From: a phage
NCBI GenBank assembly: GCA_025823825.1
Contig: GCA_025823825.1_4720.1
Length of the DNA stretch: 64,000 nt
Reading direction: 5' to 3' (one strand)
Shown piece by piece: positions 29,394 through 38,917 of the stretch (its first letter is position 1; every line of letters starts with the position of its first letter). Below the pieces are notes generated by a model, which was not told where the DNA came from, did no database searches, and worked only from the letters and a program-made list of their open reading frames with translations. The translations under genes and the position numbers were made by a program.

Positions 29394-29888
29394 TTACTCT
29401 TCTGTGTTTTCATTATCGGGATCGTAGTGGAATTCGAACAGCCCTGAACCGTCGTGTCCGTTGATTGTTAGTATAACGGGCATATCGAATCCTCGGACGC
29501 GCGAATGAAAACATTGTGCTAATTTTAGTTTGGCGTATGCCGCTATTTCATTGACGGCAATACACGACTCACCTGTTATACTCAGTATAACGTCGATACT
29601 AACAACGTTGTCGTGCAACGCAAAACGCCAGCGATCGATACGATTATTATCTTTATCGGTTGTCTCGTTTACGAGATAGACTTTATCGTCAACCGACAAA
29701 GCGGGACTCCAGCAACGATCGTTTATTAAATTCGCCTGGAGTTTTAGTATCGTCTGATCGATAATATCCCAACACGTAACCAGCGTGGTGTCAGGCACTG
29801 AGTAGAGAAGGGCGTGCACTTTATCCTTTATTTTAAGTGCTTCCGCAGGACGTCCGCAAATACCATGCATTTCAACTTTCTTATTCAT
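29394..29888 (-). CDS. small hypothetical protein, paralog family A (164 aa from ATG; track start is GTG)
   Basis: C-terminal GFDMPVILTINGHDGSGLFEFHYDPDNEN matches family A motif. Confidence 0.65.
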   Translation of the reverse strand: MNKKVEMHGICGRPAEALKIKDKVHALLYSVPDTTLVTCWDIIDQTILKLQANLINDRCWSPALSVDDKVYLVNETTDKDNNRIDRWRFALHDNVVSIDVILSITGESCIAVNEIAAYAKLKLAQCFHSRVRGFDMPVILTINGHDGSGLFEFHYDPDNENTEE

Positions 29889-29931
29889 ATTCACTTCTTT
29901 CTTAATCTAAATGTTAGTTGGGGTGGGATGC

Positions 29932-30534
29932 TTACATGCTTTCTAGCATATTGACGATCATGGAACCCATACCGAAACTCGGTCTTTCACCGATGTACTC
30001 AGCAAGCTGGCGATGGACGTCTTTTGGATTTCCTTCTTCACCATCGGCATCGATGTAAACCGAAAAAGAAACCGAATCGGAATCCACGCTGATAACCAGA
30101 CGACGTTCATTGCGTTCCTTGAGCGTGTCGACGATAGATGCTTTCAGTACCGGGATCGCATTCATCGCGTGCAAGATATCTCCATCGGGTTTCGGCAGAT
30201 CGATCTTTTCTTTCAGGTCGATATTGATGTTGGTTACAATTGGGTTGAGGTCGACCTTGACGTAATCGTTAGGGTACATGCGAATAATCGCACGATCGAT
30301 ATCTGAACCGTAAAAGTCAACACGTGGCTTTAACACTTCTTTGTTTGGATCCATGTTTTCATCCATACCCGCCCGCAAGAAACGTTCTACGTTATCCAGT
30401 TCACGATAAACTGACGCTTCGATTTCTTTCAGATAGTTGGCTGCGGTTTCATGTTCTTTACGCAGCTCGTCTTTAAGGAGCTGTACGGTGGTTTCACTGG
30501 AACGAATGCTGTTCGCGAATTGGGTAATTGACAT
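29932..30534 (-). CDS. hypothetical protein (200 aa from internal ATG; track start is TTG)
   Basis: Internal ATG (MSITQF) with AAGGAA 7 nt upstream. Confidence 0.65.
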   Translation of the reverse strand: MSITQFANSIRSSETTVQLLKDELRKEHETAANYLKEIEASVYRELDNVERFLRAGMDENMDPNKEVLKPRVDFYGSDIDRAIIRMYPNDYVKVDLNPIVTNINIDLKEKIDLPKPDGDILHAMNAIPVLKASIVDTLKERNERRLVISVDSDSVSFSVYIDADGEEGNPKDVHRQLAEYIGERPSFGMGSMIVNMLESM

Positions 30535-30637
30535 ATCGAATTCCTTAAATTCTCTTGAGTTCAATTAATGATGAAAAGCTGTAAAAAAAAAAAAGGTGGG
30601 GCGAACCCCACCAAAACGTCAGACACACGCGGGAAAA

Positions 30638-31063
30638 TTAATTCAGTGATGCATATAAGGCATAACGACTGTAGATCTCAACCGCCGGTCCGTTATGCGT
30701 TAACAGACCGTCTCGGCTGTAATACTGGAAAAATGAATAACGTTTGTCGAAGTGATAAACAAAAGCAATGTCTTTGCCGTCAAAACCTGTGATGCGTGGT
30801 CTGTTTTTATCTAGCAATGCTTTGACTTTTAACAGTGTTGCCGCACGTGCTTTAACGTTAGGGATCAAGCCATCACAATCGATATAAACAGTGTAACCTG
30901 TTTCAGATGTTGCGACGGTCGTATTGCGATTGACGCGGAAGATTTTTGTTTCGTATGTACTATCTTCAAGAATTGGGTTTTGTTTTTCGTATTTTCGTTT
31001 ACGCAGAAATTCTACAACGGTGATATAGTTAGCGGTAATATGCCCGGTTATAGCTTGTATCAT
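30638..31063 (-). CDS. small hypothetical protein (141 aa), weak family A resemblance
   Basis: ATG with AAGAGGA RBS. Confidence 0.65.
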   Translation of the reverse strand: MIQAITGHITANYITVVEFLRKRKYEKQNPILEDSTYETKIFRVNRNTTVATSETGYTVYIDCDGLIPNVKARAATLLKVKALLDKNRPRITGFDGKDIAFVYHFDKRYSFFQYYSRDGLLTHNGPAVEIYSRYALYASLN

Positions 31064-31237
31064 CTTGACATCCTCTTATATCGGATTGGTTGCAATTGTC
31101 TTAAATAGATGATAAGATATTTTGCTCTTATCACTAAGGTAATGTAGTCGTGAAATAAACTGCGTTAACAAGAAATAAAAAACAGCATAGAAACCTCCTC
31201 CCCCATCCTTCAAGAGGACGGTGGGAAGAGGGAGAGA

Positions 31238-31639
31238 TTAAATGTCGTGGACGGCAATGCCGTTTAACCAGCAATACAGCTTAACGCGACACGGATACCG
31301 CTTCGTTGCAGCAACCATTTCATCACGTAAACGCTGGTAGATTTCATCCTGGTGTTCACGTTCAATGGGGTAATCAGCCCAACATTCGATCATGACGTCA
31401 CCATTCGTCAGAATCGTCGTACGCATCCTGTCCTGGATACGGCGGTCTTTCCCGGCGTTAGGGAAATACATTCCTTCAGTACGAATAAGGTCGCCGCAGG
31501 GCATGACTAACCATTCGTTCGTTTTGCCGGTATTCTTATAATCCATTACAGCTTGCATTGCGGTGTCAACGCTAAAAGAAACATAATTCCAAACGGATGT
31601 CCAACGATAGATTGCGGGTTGTTCGAGTGTTTCGTTCAT
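31238..31639 (-). CDS. small hypothetical protein (133 aa), family A-like C-terminus
   Basis: ATG with AGGAAAAG RBS; C-terminal RYPCRVKLYCWLNG resembles the family A strand motif. Confidence 0.65.
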   Translation of the reverse strand: MNETLEQPAIYRWTSVWNYVSFSVDTAMQAVMDYKNTGKTNEWLVMPCGDLIRTEGMYFPNAGKDRRIQDRMRTTILTNGDVMIECWADYPIEREHQDEIYQRLRDEMVAATKRYPCRVKLYCWLNGIAVHDI

Positions 31640-31695
31640 GGAGTGCTTTTCCTATTTTTATTTTCTGCACAGGATAAATTCAACGGCATAAAGCC

Positions 31696-31725
31696 CTTCC
31701 CTGCCCTTATATGGGGCGGGAAGAG
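31696..31725. repeat. GC-rich extragenic hairpin element, degenerate copy
   Basis: CCCTTCCCTGCCC...GGGGCGGGAAG with flanks CGGCATAAAG/TTTATG, in the 200-nt gap 31640-31852. Confidence 0.4.
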
Positions 31726-31852
31726 TTTATGACCGCAGTGAGAATCTCTCACGACAAGCTCACGACGATTATCGCATCACCCCGCGAGTGAGGGAGATCA
31801 GGATCACCTCCTACGTCGTAATGACAGCAATCCTGTTACGTCGCCTTAGACG

Positions 31853-32479
31853 TTATGCAAAGCGACGCATGTAACCTGCCAGATAGTTACGCGTATCGAA
31901 GTAGGCAATTTCAGGAATTGCGATATTAAGGTCGATAGCACGGATTTCAACTTGGCGACGGCTTTCATCATAGATCGCATCCATCAGACGCAGTACTGTC
32001 AGGAAAGCCATGCGGGTATGGTAGTCCAGCGGCATGTTATCGATACCGCGATACAGATAACGGTTTGCGTTAAATGCCCCTTCGCTGTTATCTTTCCAGA
32101 TCTTCAGAATATCAGCAAAGGCGGTGCGGAAAACCTCAGGATTATCCACATCCAGTAACGCACGGAAAGCAGACATTAAAGACCGCTGATGACGGATCAA
32201 CGACTGCGGCGTTTGCGGCATGGTCGGACCCATTTCTTCCGCATATTTCTGGAACGGAGCAACCAGGGTTGCGGCACGAGAAGCCACGATAGAAACAGCA
32301 GGCGATTCTTTCACCGCCGGTTTCGCAGGCTTTTCTTCAACAACGGTTTCCTTCTTCTCAACAGCGACCGTTTCCGGCTGTGCTACAACATCACTAACCG
32401 GAGCATCTGCAACGGTGGTTTCTACCGCAGTAATCTCCTCGTCCATTTTTGCAGAACGTTGGTCTTTATTCTTGCTCAT
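31853..32479 (-). CDS. hypothetical protein (208 aa) with Lys/Glu/Pro/Val-rich N-terminal linker
   Basis: ATG with AAAGGAAA RBS. Confidence 0.7.
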   Translation of the reverse strand: MSKNKDQRSAKMDEEITAVETTVADAPVSDVVAQPETVAVEKKETVVEEKPAKPAVKESPAVSIVASRAATLVAPFQKYAEEMGPTMPQTPQSLIRHQRSLMSAFRALLDVDNPEVFRTAFADILKIWKDNSEGAFNANRYLYRGIDNMPLDYHTRMAFLTVLRLMDAIYDESRRQVEIRAIDLNIAIPEIAYFDTRNYLAGYMRRFA

Positions 32480-32504
32480 GTTTATTTCCTTTCATTTAAC
32501 AAGG

Positions 32505-33806
32505 TTAACTAATATAAAGTTCAGGATCGTAAGGCGCTAACGATACACTGGCGTTATGCATTGCTTTCATCATAGTGTTCATGAAAACGTTGTTTACACC
32601 GGTGATCTCTGCCCCGATCGCGTCTGGGGTTGGAGCCATCGCGTTACCGCAACAGGTAGCACAGTATTCCAATGGGCCTGCTTTACAACGTTGAGGATCA
32701 CGTAACTTGATGGTCTGTCCTTCCAAGGAAGCAAGTAATTCAGCATCAATAAGTTTAAGCGCTGCGCCGTCGATCATGTAACGGCCGACAAGCAGCTTAT
32801 CTTTGATATGATCGCGGTTTACCGTGAACAGAATATGTTCGTGGGTACCACAGTCGTCCATCGTGATTTTAAGGTTCTGTGTCGCACGTTGTGATTCTTT
32901 CGCCGTCTGTCCCGCTAAAGCGGTCAGTGCGCCACGTGAGAACGAACCTGCACGTGCACTGTTGTTGTACTCCGCCCAATGGTCGACACGCATCCCTTCA
33001 GCCAGGCTGTGTGTGATAACGTTACGTTTACCAGGGTCAACGAAGTCGGCTTCAACCCCCATCATGATGTGTGTTTTCTTTCGAGTATTACCGAAACTCT
33101 TGCCTGGGTTAATATAGAACCCTTCCGATTCATCACCCTTAAAGGATTCCTTATCCATTTTGGTTAGCGTAGCTTCGAGTTTGATCAGTTCTTCAGGCGT
33201 GAACTTACCTTCCTCTTGTAAGCGTGCTAACTCTTTATCGCGATAGGCAATAATATCATCATCGACCGTTAACGCTTTATCGCTCATCGATGGGACAATT
33301 AAACGGTTGATAGCGGTTAACGCACTAATATTGTTGGTGAATTTCTTCACTTCGCTTGCGTACAGCGGGCCAATAGGACGTTCGTTAGGATCGGGTATCC
33401 CCTCTTCGGGATCGTCCGCTACGCGTGGCGCAATCAGTGATTCCAGTGTACCGCTGGTCAACCGTCCTGCCTGATATTCAATCTGAATACCGAAAGCATC
33501 ATAAAGGACGTACATATTGAACAACGCTTCACCGAAGGTTGTGGTGGTCGTATTCTTAACCGACGGTAGATCACCAGGTGCGAGCTCCAATGGCTCCCAG
33601 AAACTCAACAAGGGTTTTGTTGGCTCGGTTTCCCATTGATGTTCTTCACCGTCGATGGTAACCGTAACGACGTTACCTTGACGATGTAATTTGGGCTGAT
33701 ACTTCTCAGCACCACCTTCCGTAAAAGCAAACGCGTCGTTAATCCATTCAAGATAACGGTAGTGCCCTTCACGCATCGCGTAAAGGAAATATTCACGAGG
33801 TGTCAT
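32505..33806 (-). CDS. hypothetical protein (433 aa) with C-terminal Cys cluster (CKAGPLEYCATCCGN)
   Basis: ATG with AAAGGAG RBS; possible metal-binding cysteines; no named family recognised. Confidence 0.75.
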   Translation of the reverse strand: MTPREYFLYAMREGHYRYLEWINDAFAFTEGGAEKYQPKLHRQGNVVTVTIDGEEHQWETEPTKPLLSFWEPLELAPGDLPSVKNTTTTTFGEALFNMYVLYDAFGIQIEYQAGRLTSGTLESLIAPRVADDPEEGIPDPNERPIGPLYASEVKKFTNNISALTAINRLIVPSMSDKALTVDDDIIAYRDKELARLQEEGKFTPEELIKLEATLTKMDKESFKGDESEGFYINPGKSFGNTRKKTHIMMGVEADFVDPGKRNVITHSLAEGMRVDHWAEYNNSARAGSFSRGALTALAGQTAKESQRATQNLKITMDDCGTHEHILFTVNRDHIKDKLLVGRYMIDGAALKLIDAELLASLEGQTIKLRDPQRCKAGPLEYCATCCGNAMAPTPDAIGAEITGVNNVFMNTMMKAMHNASVSLAPYDPELYIS

Positions 33807-33819
33807 GTAACAACTCCTT

Positions 33820-34692
33820 TTAAACCTGGGTCAGGTCGCCGCGACGTGAAACGAACTCTGATAACGCTCGGGTTGCTTCTTTGGATTCTTCAGCCATCGG
33901 GAAGTTTGCGGTAATAAGTTCTCGTAAGACGGGAATAATTTCATTATCTTCGAGATCAGAAGCTAAAGCGAATGCAATCAGTTCTTGGGTGTATGCATAC
34001 GGTTGCTGGCGTAATGTAGCCAACTGATTCCGACACTGCGCCATCAGCAAGTCTAGTGGAACCGCTATTGTACCCCCTTCATCAATATATTGGCTGAACA
34101 CCGGTGGGAACGCATCGCCGATTACACGAATTCGTCGACGAATATGATCCGGAATCAGGACGTTTTCTTCATCGACGACGTTTTCGCTATCTTTCTCCAG
34201 CTTCTTGGTCAGTACCTCTTGAATACGTGGAAGTAAGCTTGAATGTACGAAACTGATTAACGGTGTTACGTTAACAGCATCAACGCCGTAAATATGATGC
34301 GCGCATTCCGCCAGCGCTTCAGCTGTGGTGTAGTCTTCATCTTCAACGATAGCGAGTAGAAAAGCGGTATCGTCGTGTGTTTCCAGGTCTAATAACGTAG
34401 ACGCCAGTGCATGAAGATATTTCAGGCTATCCAGAGTTAGCTGTCCTTCGTTAATTCGGATCCCGAAGGCAAGCAATTGTTGTTTATAAAGTTCGATACA
34501 TCCGTTTGTTAAAATGATATCTAATTCGTTTAAATCGTATTGTTCCCCAGCACCTGATAACATCGTACTGCAGAACGTTTCCAGTTGTTCGCATTTAAAA
34601 TCTTGGTATAAACGATGCATGCAGTGCTGTAACAGCGTACGCCTTGTTTCAGGGATCTTACCTTCTAACAAAGCCAAGACGGAATCAATCAT
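33820..34692 (-). CDS. hypothetical protein (290 aa from ATG; track start is GTG)
   Basis: ATG preceded by GGAG; first gene of minus-strand operon facing the divergent gap 34693-34788. Confidence 0.7.
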   Translation of the reverse strand: MIDSVLALLEGKIPETRRTLLQHCMHRLYQDFKCEQLETFCSTMLSGAGEQYDLNELDIILTNGCIELYKQQLLAFGIRINEGQLTLDSLKYLHALASTLLDLETHDDTAFLLAIVEDEDYTTAEALAECAHHIYGVDAVNVTPLISFVHSSLLPRIQEVLTKKLEKDSENVVDEENVLIPDHIRRRIRVIGDAFPPVFSQYIDEGGTIAVPLDLLMAQCRNQLATLRQQPYAYTQELIAFALASDLEDNEIIPVLRELITANFPMAEESKEATRALSEFVSRRGDLTQV

Positions 34693-34788
34693 ATCCACTC
34701 CGATGCGGTAAATGTCTACTAGCTCTCATAATCTATTGAAGAAACTACCGGCTTACGCCAACTTAGATTAATCAGGAGTAACCATCCC

Positions 34789-35262
34789 ATGCCAGTTTCA
34801 TCCAAACCAAGAAAAAAATCAGTAGGAAAACCGAAAGCTCAGGAAACAACAGCAATTCGTTGGGACGAGTTACGTGAACCTATCGAAAACTGCGAATTGT
34901 TATTGGGCACCCTGGGTGCGGCTATTTACCAAGCGACGCAGCCCTGTCGTTTACGATTAACCCAAAACAAACGTGATGAGTTCGTTGCGTTATCAACAAG
35001 CACGAATAAAGATCTGACCGAACTTCAAACCGAGTTGACGACGATCAAGAACTCCATTACGCCGATGTACGGTAAAGAAGTCGATGAACAAAGTATTCTG
35101 TTACAGTACAACTACGGGATGTCGTTAATGAACATCCTGGAACGCGCATCCGATATTCTGCGTCCTGACGTTGCACGCCTGAGCCAACTGCGTGTTGAAG
35201 GGATGGAGAACCAGATCCGATTCGCTAACAGTGTTAAATCTCAAGGAGCCACCGAAGCATGA
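34789..35262 (+). CDS. hypothetical protein (157 aa), basic N-terminus
   Basis: ATG with AGGAGT RBS; ATGA overlap with next gene. Confidence 0.7.
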   Translation: MPVSSKPRKKSVGKPKAQETTAIRWDELREPIENCELLLGTLGAAIYQATQPCRLRLTQNKRDEFVALSTSTNKDLTELQTELTTIKNSITPMYGKEVDEQSILLQYNYGMSLMNILERASDILRPDVARLSQLRVEGMENQIRFANSVKSQGATEA

Positions 35263-36944
35263 GCGAACAAGAAAAAGAAGTCGTGACGAATCAGGAAGCC
35301 ACCGAACGTTCAGAGTCGTCCGTTGAAACTACGATTCCGGCAAGTTCCGAGCCGGTTGGTTCCGCACAGCAGGAAAGTAAAGACGAAGTCAGCACGACTA
35401 AAGAAGATGTAGTGGCTCCAGAAGCAACCCGTGAAGAAGAACCATCACATCCACCGCTAATCGATTTCTCGAAGGCGACGATACGTTTCCAATGCGAAGA
35501 CATTCGTCCTAAGAGCCCGAAGAAAACAAAACGCCAGCCGTTGGTGTTACCGTTATATTCTCCGCGTGTACAGACAACGTATTACCGGGAATACATCAAC
35601 GAAGCAATGGATACCGTACAAGCCATTGTCGCTCAACGCGGTAAACCGACAGACGAACAGTTTGATAAATTCAGTAAAGCGGTGGTGCAATCGGTTGCTG
35701 ATGGACAATATCATCCGCGTGGTCCAGCTCACGATCGTGCGTTGGAACGTAAGGGCAGTCAGTGGACTAACGTGCCCGTAGACTCATCGGGTGTTGGTCG
35801 CGTTATTCCTGGCATCCCGCAACCGAACCATATTCCTGATGATGTCGAAGCGCCGCTGACAGGAACCGATGCGATCTATTTTGCCATCCGTAATACGAAA
35901 TCAGGTGCGCCTGCGGTAATGCCGTTATGGCATAGCGGTATTAAGCTGCAGTTTAATCCGCCGTCAAATGAACGTGTTGCAATTATGCACGAACGTATTG
36001 CTCGCGATAAAATCCTGGGTGGACGTGATAGTACCGGCTTCCTGTTTTCGGCAACCTCGATTATCACCATGAAGCACGCAATCGAATTAGCATTAGAATG
36101 CTGCTACATGGCCAACGTACCTAACCTGGATATACAGCGTTTGAAAGACATTATTCCGGTTACCGATGTTCCAGCGTTATTGTTGAACGTGTTGGTAACC
36201 ATGTATCCGTACGGATATCCTTACGTACAGACCTGCTATCAGAATCCAGAAACCTGCGACTATCGTGTCGAAGATACCGTAAGCTTTGCGAAACTCTATC
36301 AAGTTGACAACAGCGCAATAACCAAACGTATGCGACAGATCATGACCGAAGGTCCGGTCATGACAGATGAACTTTTGCGTGAGTATGCAAACGAACTGGG
36401 TGAAACAAACTCCCGTACGCTGGATCTGTCCGACAACGGTTCTGTTATCATTGAGCTTGAAGTACCGAAGATCTCACGACAAATCGCCATGGGCGAACGC
36501 TGGTTAAGCGATACCCTGGAAGATCTGCGTGATATTCTATCGCGTCCGTCAATGACCGAAGAAGAGCGTGATCGTGTTATTCGTGAACGTCAGTTCTATA
36601 GCTGGATGCGTCAGTATGATGCGTGGATCAAATCGATGCACGTGTCAGTAAACGGTACCATGCGTCGTGTAAGCGATGCGGATACAGCAACGGTATTAGC
36701 GCAGCTGTCTCGTGATAGCGATCTTCGTGAACGCTATATCGATGGGTTGATGCAATTCATCGGTGATTCGACGATTGCGCTTGCAGCAATGCCTGCCTGG
36801 AAATGTCCGAAATGTAATGCCGATATTGCTGACAATCTGCGTGACCAGAAATACTACGATCTGATTGCTTTGGATGTACCCCAGCTTTTTTTTACCCTAA
36901 ACTCCGTCCAATCTCTTCAGGAGGGGATGGACGCGGTATTCTAA
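35259..36944 (+). CDS. hypothetical protein (561 aa); U8 slippery tract 17 codons before its stop
   Basis: ATG start coupled to upstream gene; C-terminal region contains CTT TTT TTT ACC (see finding). Confidence 0.8.
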   Translation: MSEQEKEVVTNQEATERSESSVETTIPASSEPVGSAQQESKDEVSTTKEDVVAPEATREEEPSHPPLIDFSKATIRFQCEDIRPKSPKKTKRQPLVLPLYSPRVQTTYYREYINEAMDTVQAIVAQRGKPTDEQFDKFSKAVVQSVADGQYHPRGPAHDRALERKGSQWTNVPVDSSGVGRVIPGIPQPNHIPDDVEAPLTGTDAIYFAIRNTKSGAPAVMPLWHSGIKLQFNPPSNERVAIMHERIARDKILGGRDSTGFLFSATSIITMKHAIELALECCYMANVPNLDIQRLKDIIPVTDVPALLLNVLVTMYPYGYPYVQTCYQNPETCDYRVEDTVSFAKLYQVDNSAITKRMRQIMTEGPVMTDELLREYANELGETNSRTLDLSDNGSVIIELEVPKISRQIAMGERWLSDTLEDLRDILSRPSMTEEERDRVIRERQFYSWMRQYDAWIKSMHVSVNGTMRRVSDADTATVLAQLSRDSDLRERYIDGLMQFIGDSTIALAAMPAWKCPKCNADIADNLRDQKYYDLIALDVPQLFFTLNSVQSLQEGMDAVF

Positions 36945-37006
36945 TCGATCCGCGATACGGGTTACATGACGGACAACTTGTTCGTAATGATGAAAAAATC
37001 TGGGAA

Positions 37007-37366
37007 TTGCTGTTAGCGCGTAAAGGCGATGGTGGCATGAAACTGAACATCGAAATGGGTATTGCGTACGATACCATGTTTGGCTTGTACGATCGTGTTA
37101 ACGACTGGACGCCGTTGAAATGGGTTGCTCAGCACCCCGCTGAAGATCCCTGGGACAGATTAGGGATTAAGCCCTTAATCGAGGATTATGTTCGATTCGG
37201 TATTAAAGAGTTCATGACGTTGGATGCGTTTTTACAAGCACCGTATCCTTACGCGCAAACGGTACTCAAAATCGCACAAGACGAACTGCGGAAACGTAGT
37301 GCGGTACTGGACGACGATGAGGACAAGTTACGACGAGAAGAAGAACGTTTACGAAACGGAAAATAA
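37007..37366 (+). CDS. hypothetical ORF, possibly expressed only as a -1 frameshift extension of 35259-36944
   Basis: Track start is TTG with no RBS; frame is open back to 36845 with no ATG until 37037. Confidence 0.4.
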   Translation: MLLARKGDGGMKLNIEMGIAYDTMFGLYDRVNDWTPLKWVAQHPAEDPWDRLGIKPLIEDYVRFGIKEFMTLDAFLQAPYPYAQTVLKIAQDELRKRSAVLDDDEDKLRREEERLRNGK

Positions 37367-37367
37367 A

Positions 37368-37877
37368 ATGGCGAGATTTACCAGTTTGATTGGGTTGGAT
37401 ATTTGGGAAACACCGGCTGACGTTCGGGTTATTCCTGTCAACACCGTCGGTGTGATGGGACGCGGTCTTGCCAAACAGGCAGCCGATCGCGTCCCCGGTC
37501 TTCTTGAAGCGTACCGTAAGCAATGTCAAGATGGGTTTAAGGTGGGCGAAGTCGTATCGTATCAACACGGCGATAACGATCAACTCACCTACGTGTTGTT
37601 TCCATCAAAATCGGATTGGCGTGAAAGAACACGACGCGAGTATATCGTTAACGGATTACTGGCGTTAAAAGCGTGGTTATTGGAGCTTCAGTTCGAAAGA
37701 GACGGCTTCTCATACCAGCGTCCGGCTGAACCGCTGATTGTCGCAATTCCTCCGGTTGGTTCTGGTTGCGGTAATATCGGTTATGGACAATCTGAAACAA
37801 TCCAGCCTCAATGGGTACGCGCACAAATCAAACAGTATCTTGCCACCGTACCGAACGTTCATTTCTACTTGTTCTAA
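37368..37877 (+). CDS. putative macro-domain (ADP-ribose binding/hydrolase-like) protein (169 aa)
   Basis: ATG 1 nt after upstream TAA; N-terminal VRVIPVNTVGVMGRGLAKQAADR resembles the macro-domain Gly-rich ADP-ribose-binding loop. Confidence 0.5.
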   Translation: MARFTSLIGLDIWETPADVRVIPVNTVGVMGRGLAKQAADRVPGLLEAYRKQCQDGFKVGEVVSYQHGDNDQLTYVLFPSKSDWRERTRREYIVNGLLALKAWLLELQFERDGFSYQRPAEPLIVAIPPVGSGCGNIGYGQSETIQPQWVRAQIKQYLATVPNVHFYLF

Positions 37878-37893
37878 CGCAAAGGTAACATAA

Positions 37894-37925
37894 CCCTCCT
37901 CCTTCCCTCACGGGTTGGAGGAGGG
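37894..37925. repeat. GC-rich extragenic hairpin element, inverted orientation (CCCTCCTCC-TTCCCTCACGGGTT-GGAGGAGGG)
   Basis: Loop is the reverse complement of AACCCGTGAGGGAA; between convergent macro-domain gene and 37943-38317. Confidence 0.6.
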
Positions 37926-37942
37926 CTTATGCTGTTATGCTA

Positions 37943-38317
37943 TTAATGTTCGTTCCAGATGGCATCTTCCGGTGGAACAATAGGATCTTTCTTCGGCATT
38001 GATGGCACTTCATGACGATGCTTACGGAACTGCCTATCAATAACCTCACGAAGCCGGTACGCGTCAACCCAGGTTGATTTATTGAACAGCTCCAACGTCA
38101 CAGTTAATCGTGTTCTTGACATTGAATAGCTTTTCTTCGCAATCAAATTGGGATAATTCAGTTGAGCGAACCACGCACGTATTTGTGCTTCGGTAAAAGC
38201 GATGCTGTAATAACTAAGTTTACCGTCATTAAAATCGTGCGCGTGGGTGTAACGTCCAGCGTAACGCCAGACAAGATGCACATTCAGATCGATCCATGGT
38301 GGGGTGGTATCAGCCAT
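37943..38317 (-). CDS. hypothetical protein (124 aa)
   Basis: ATG with GAGGG RBS. Confidence 0.65.
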   Translation of the reverse strand: MADTTPPWIDLNVHLVWRYAGRYTHAHDFNDGKLSYYSIAFTEAQIRAWFAQLNYPNLIAKKSYSMSRTRLTVTLELFNKSTWVDAYRLREVIDRQFRKHRHEVPSMPKKDPIVPPEDAIWNEH

Positions 38318-38326
38318 GTGTTACCC

Positions 38327-38896
38327 TCAACGATTCTTCATCACTTTACCCAGGCTTTCGATATTATCCCAAAAGCGATTTTTACTTGGCGCATCGCCGA
38401 CGATAACCGACATCAAATCGCGACGTTCACGACTGATGATGCCCTGTGATTTCCAGATCACCATCGTCCAGCAAGCAGCCAGAACGAACAGATGATTAAT
38501 ACTCGGTTTGGTTTGCGCGATGAACGCGAGCCATGCCCAGATACCGGTATATACTATCGTCACTAAAAAGAGCGAGATTGTTGCAACGACAACAACGAAG
38601 TTTTGGACAGCGGGTTGATTCGCGTTATCATGAATAGCGGTAAGATCAGGAAGGTTACCTTCAACTGAACTCGTTTCATCGATTTCCAATTCTTCGATTT
38701 CTTTTCGTGTGTCGGGAGCTAATCCGGCATCATCAAGATGCTTTTTTAACCGCTGTATACTTAATCGTTGACCGATAGGAATGTTGATGTTGTCGTAACT
38801 ATTAAGCGCATCAACCAGGGAGCGCCCGTCAACGAGAACCAAGCTCGCAGTACCCATTGTCTGCGGTTTTATTTTGTAAAGGTCTTTTACTTTCAT
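38327..38896 (-). CDS. hypothetical membrane protein (189 aa), two predicted transmembrane helices
   Basis: ATG with GGAGGTGG RBS; hydrophobic stretches FVVVVATISLFLVTIVYTGIWAWLAFIA and LFVLAACWTMVIW. Confidence 0.65.
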   Translation of the reverse strand: MKVKDLYKIKPQTMGTASLVLVDGRSLVDALNSYDNINIPIGQRLSIQRLKKHLDDAGLAPDTRKEIEELEIDETSSVEGNLPDLTAIHDNANQPAVQNFVVVVATISLFLVTIVYTGIWAWLAFIAQTKPSINHLFVLAACWTMVIWKSQGIISRERRDLMSVIVGDAPSKNRFWDNIESLGKVMKNR

Positions 38897-38917
38897 GTAG
38901 ACACCACCTCCAACGTG

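Noticed and set aside
37224-37367. Longer 217-aa version of the macro-domain ORF starting at 37224
   Set aside because: The extension overlaps the preceding gene in another frame; the ATG at 37368 lies 1 nt after the upstream stop and begins the conserved domain.
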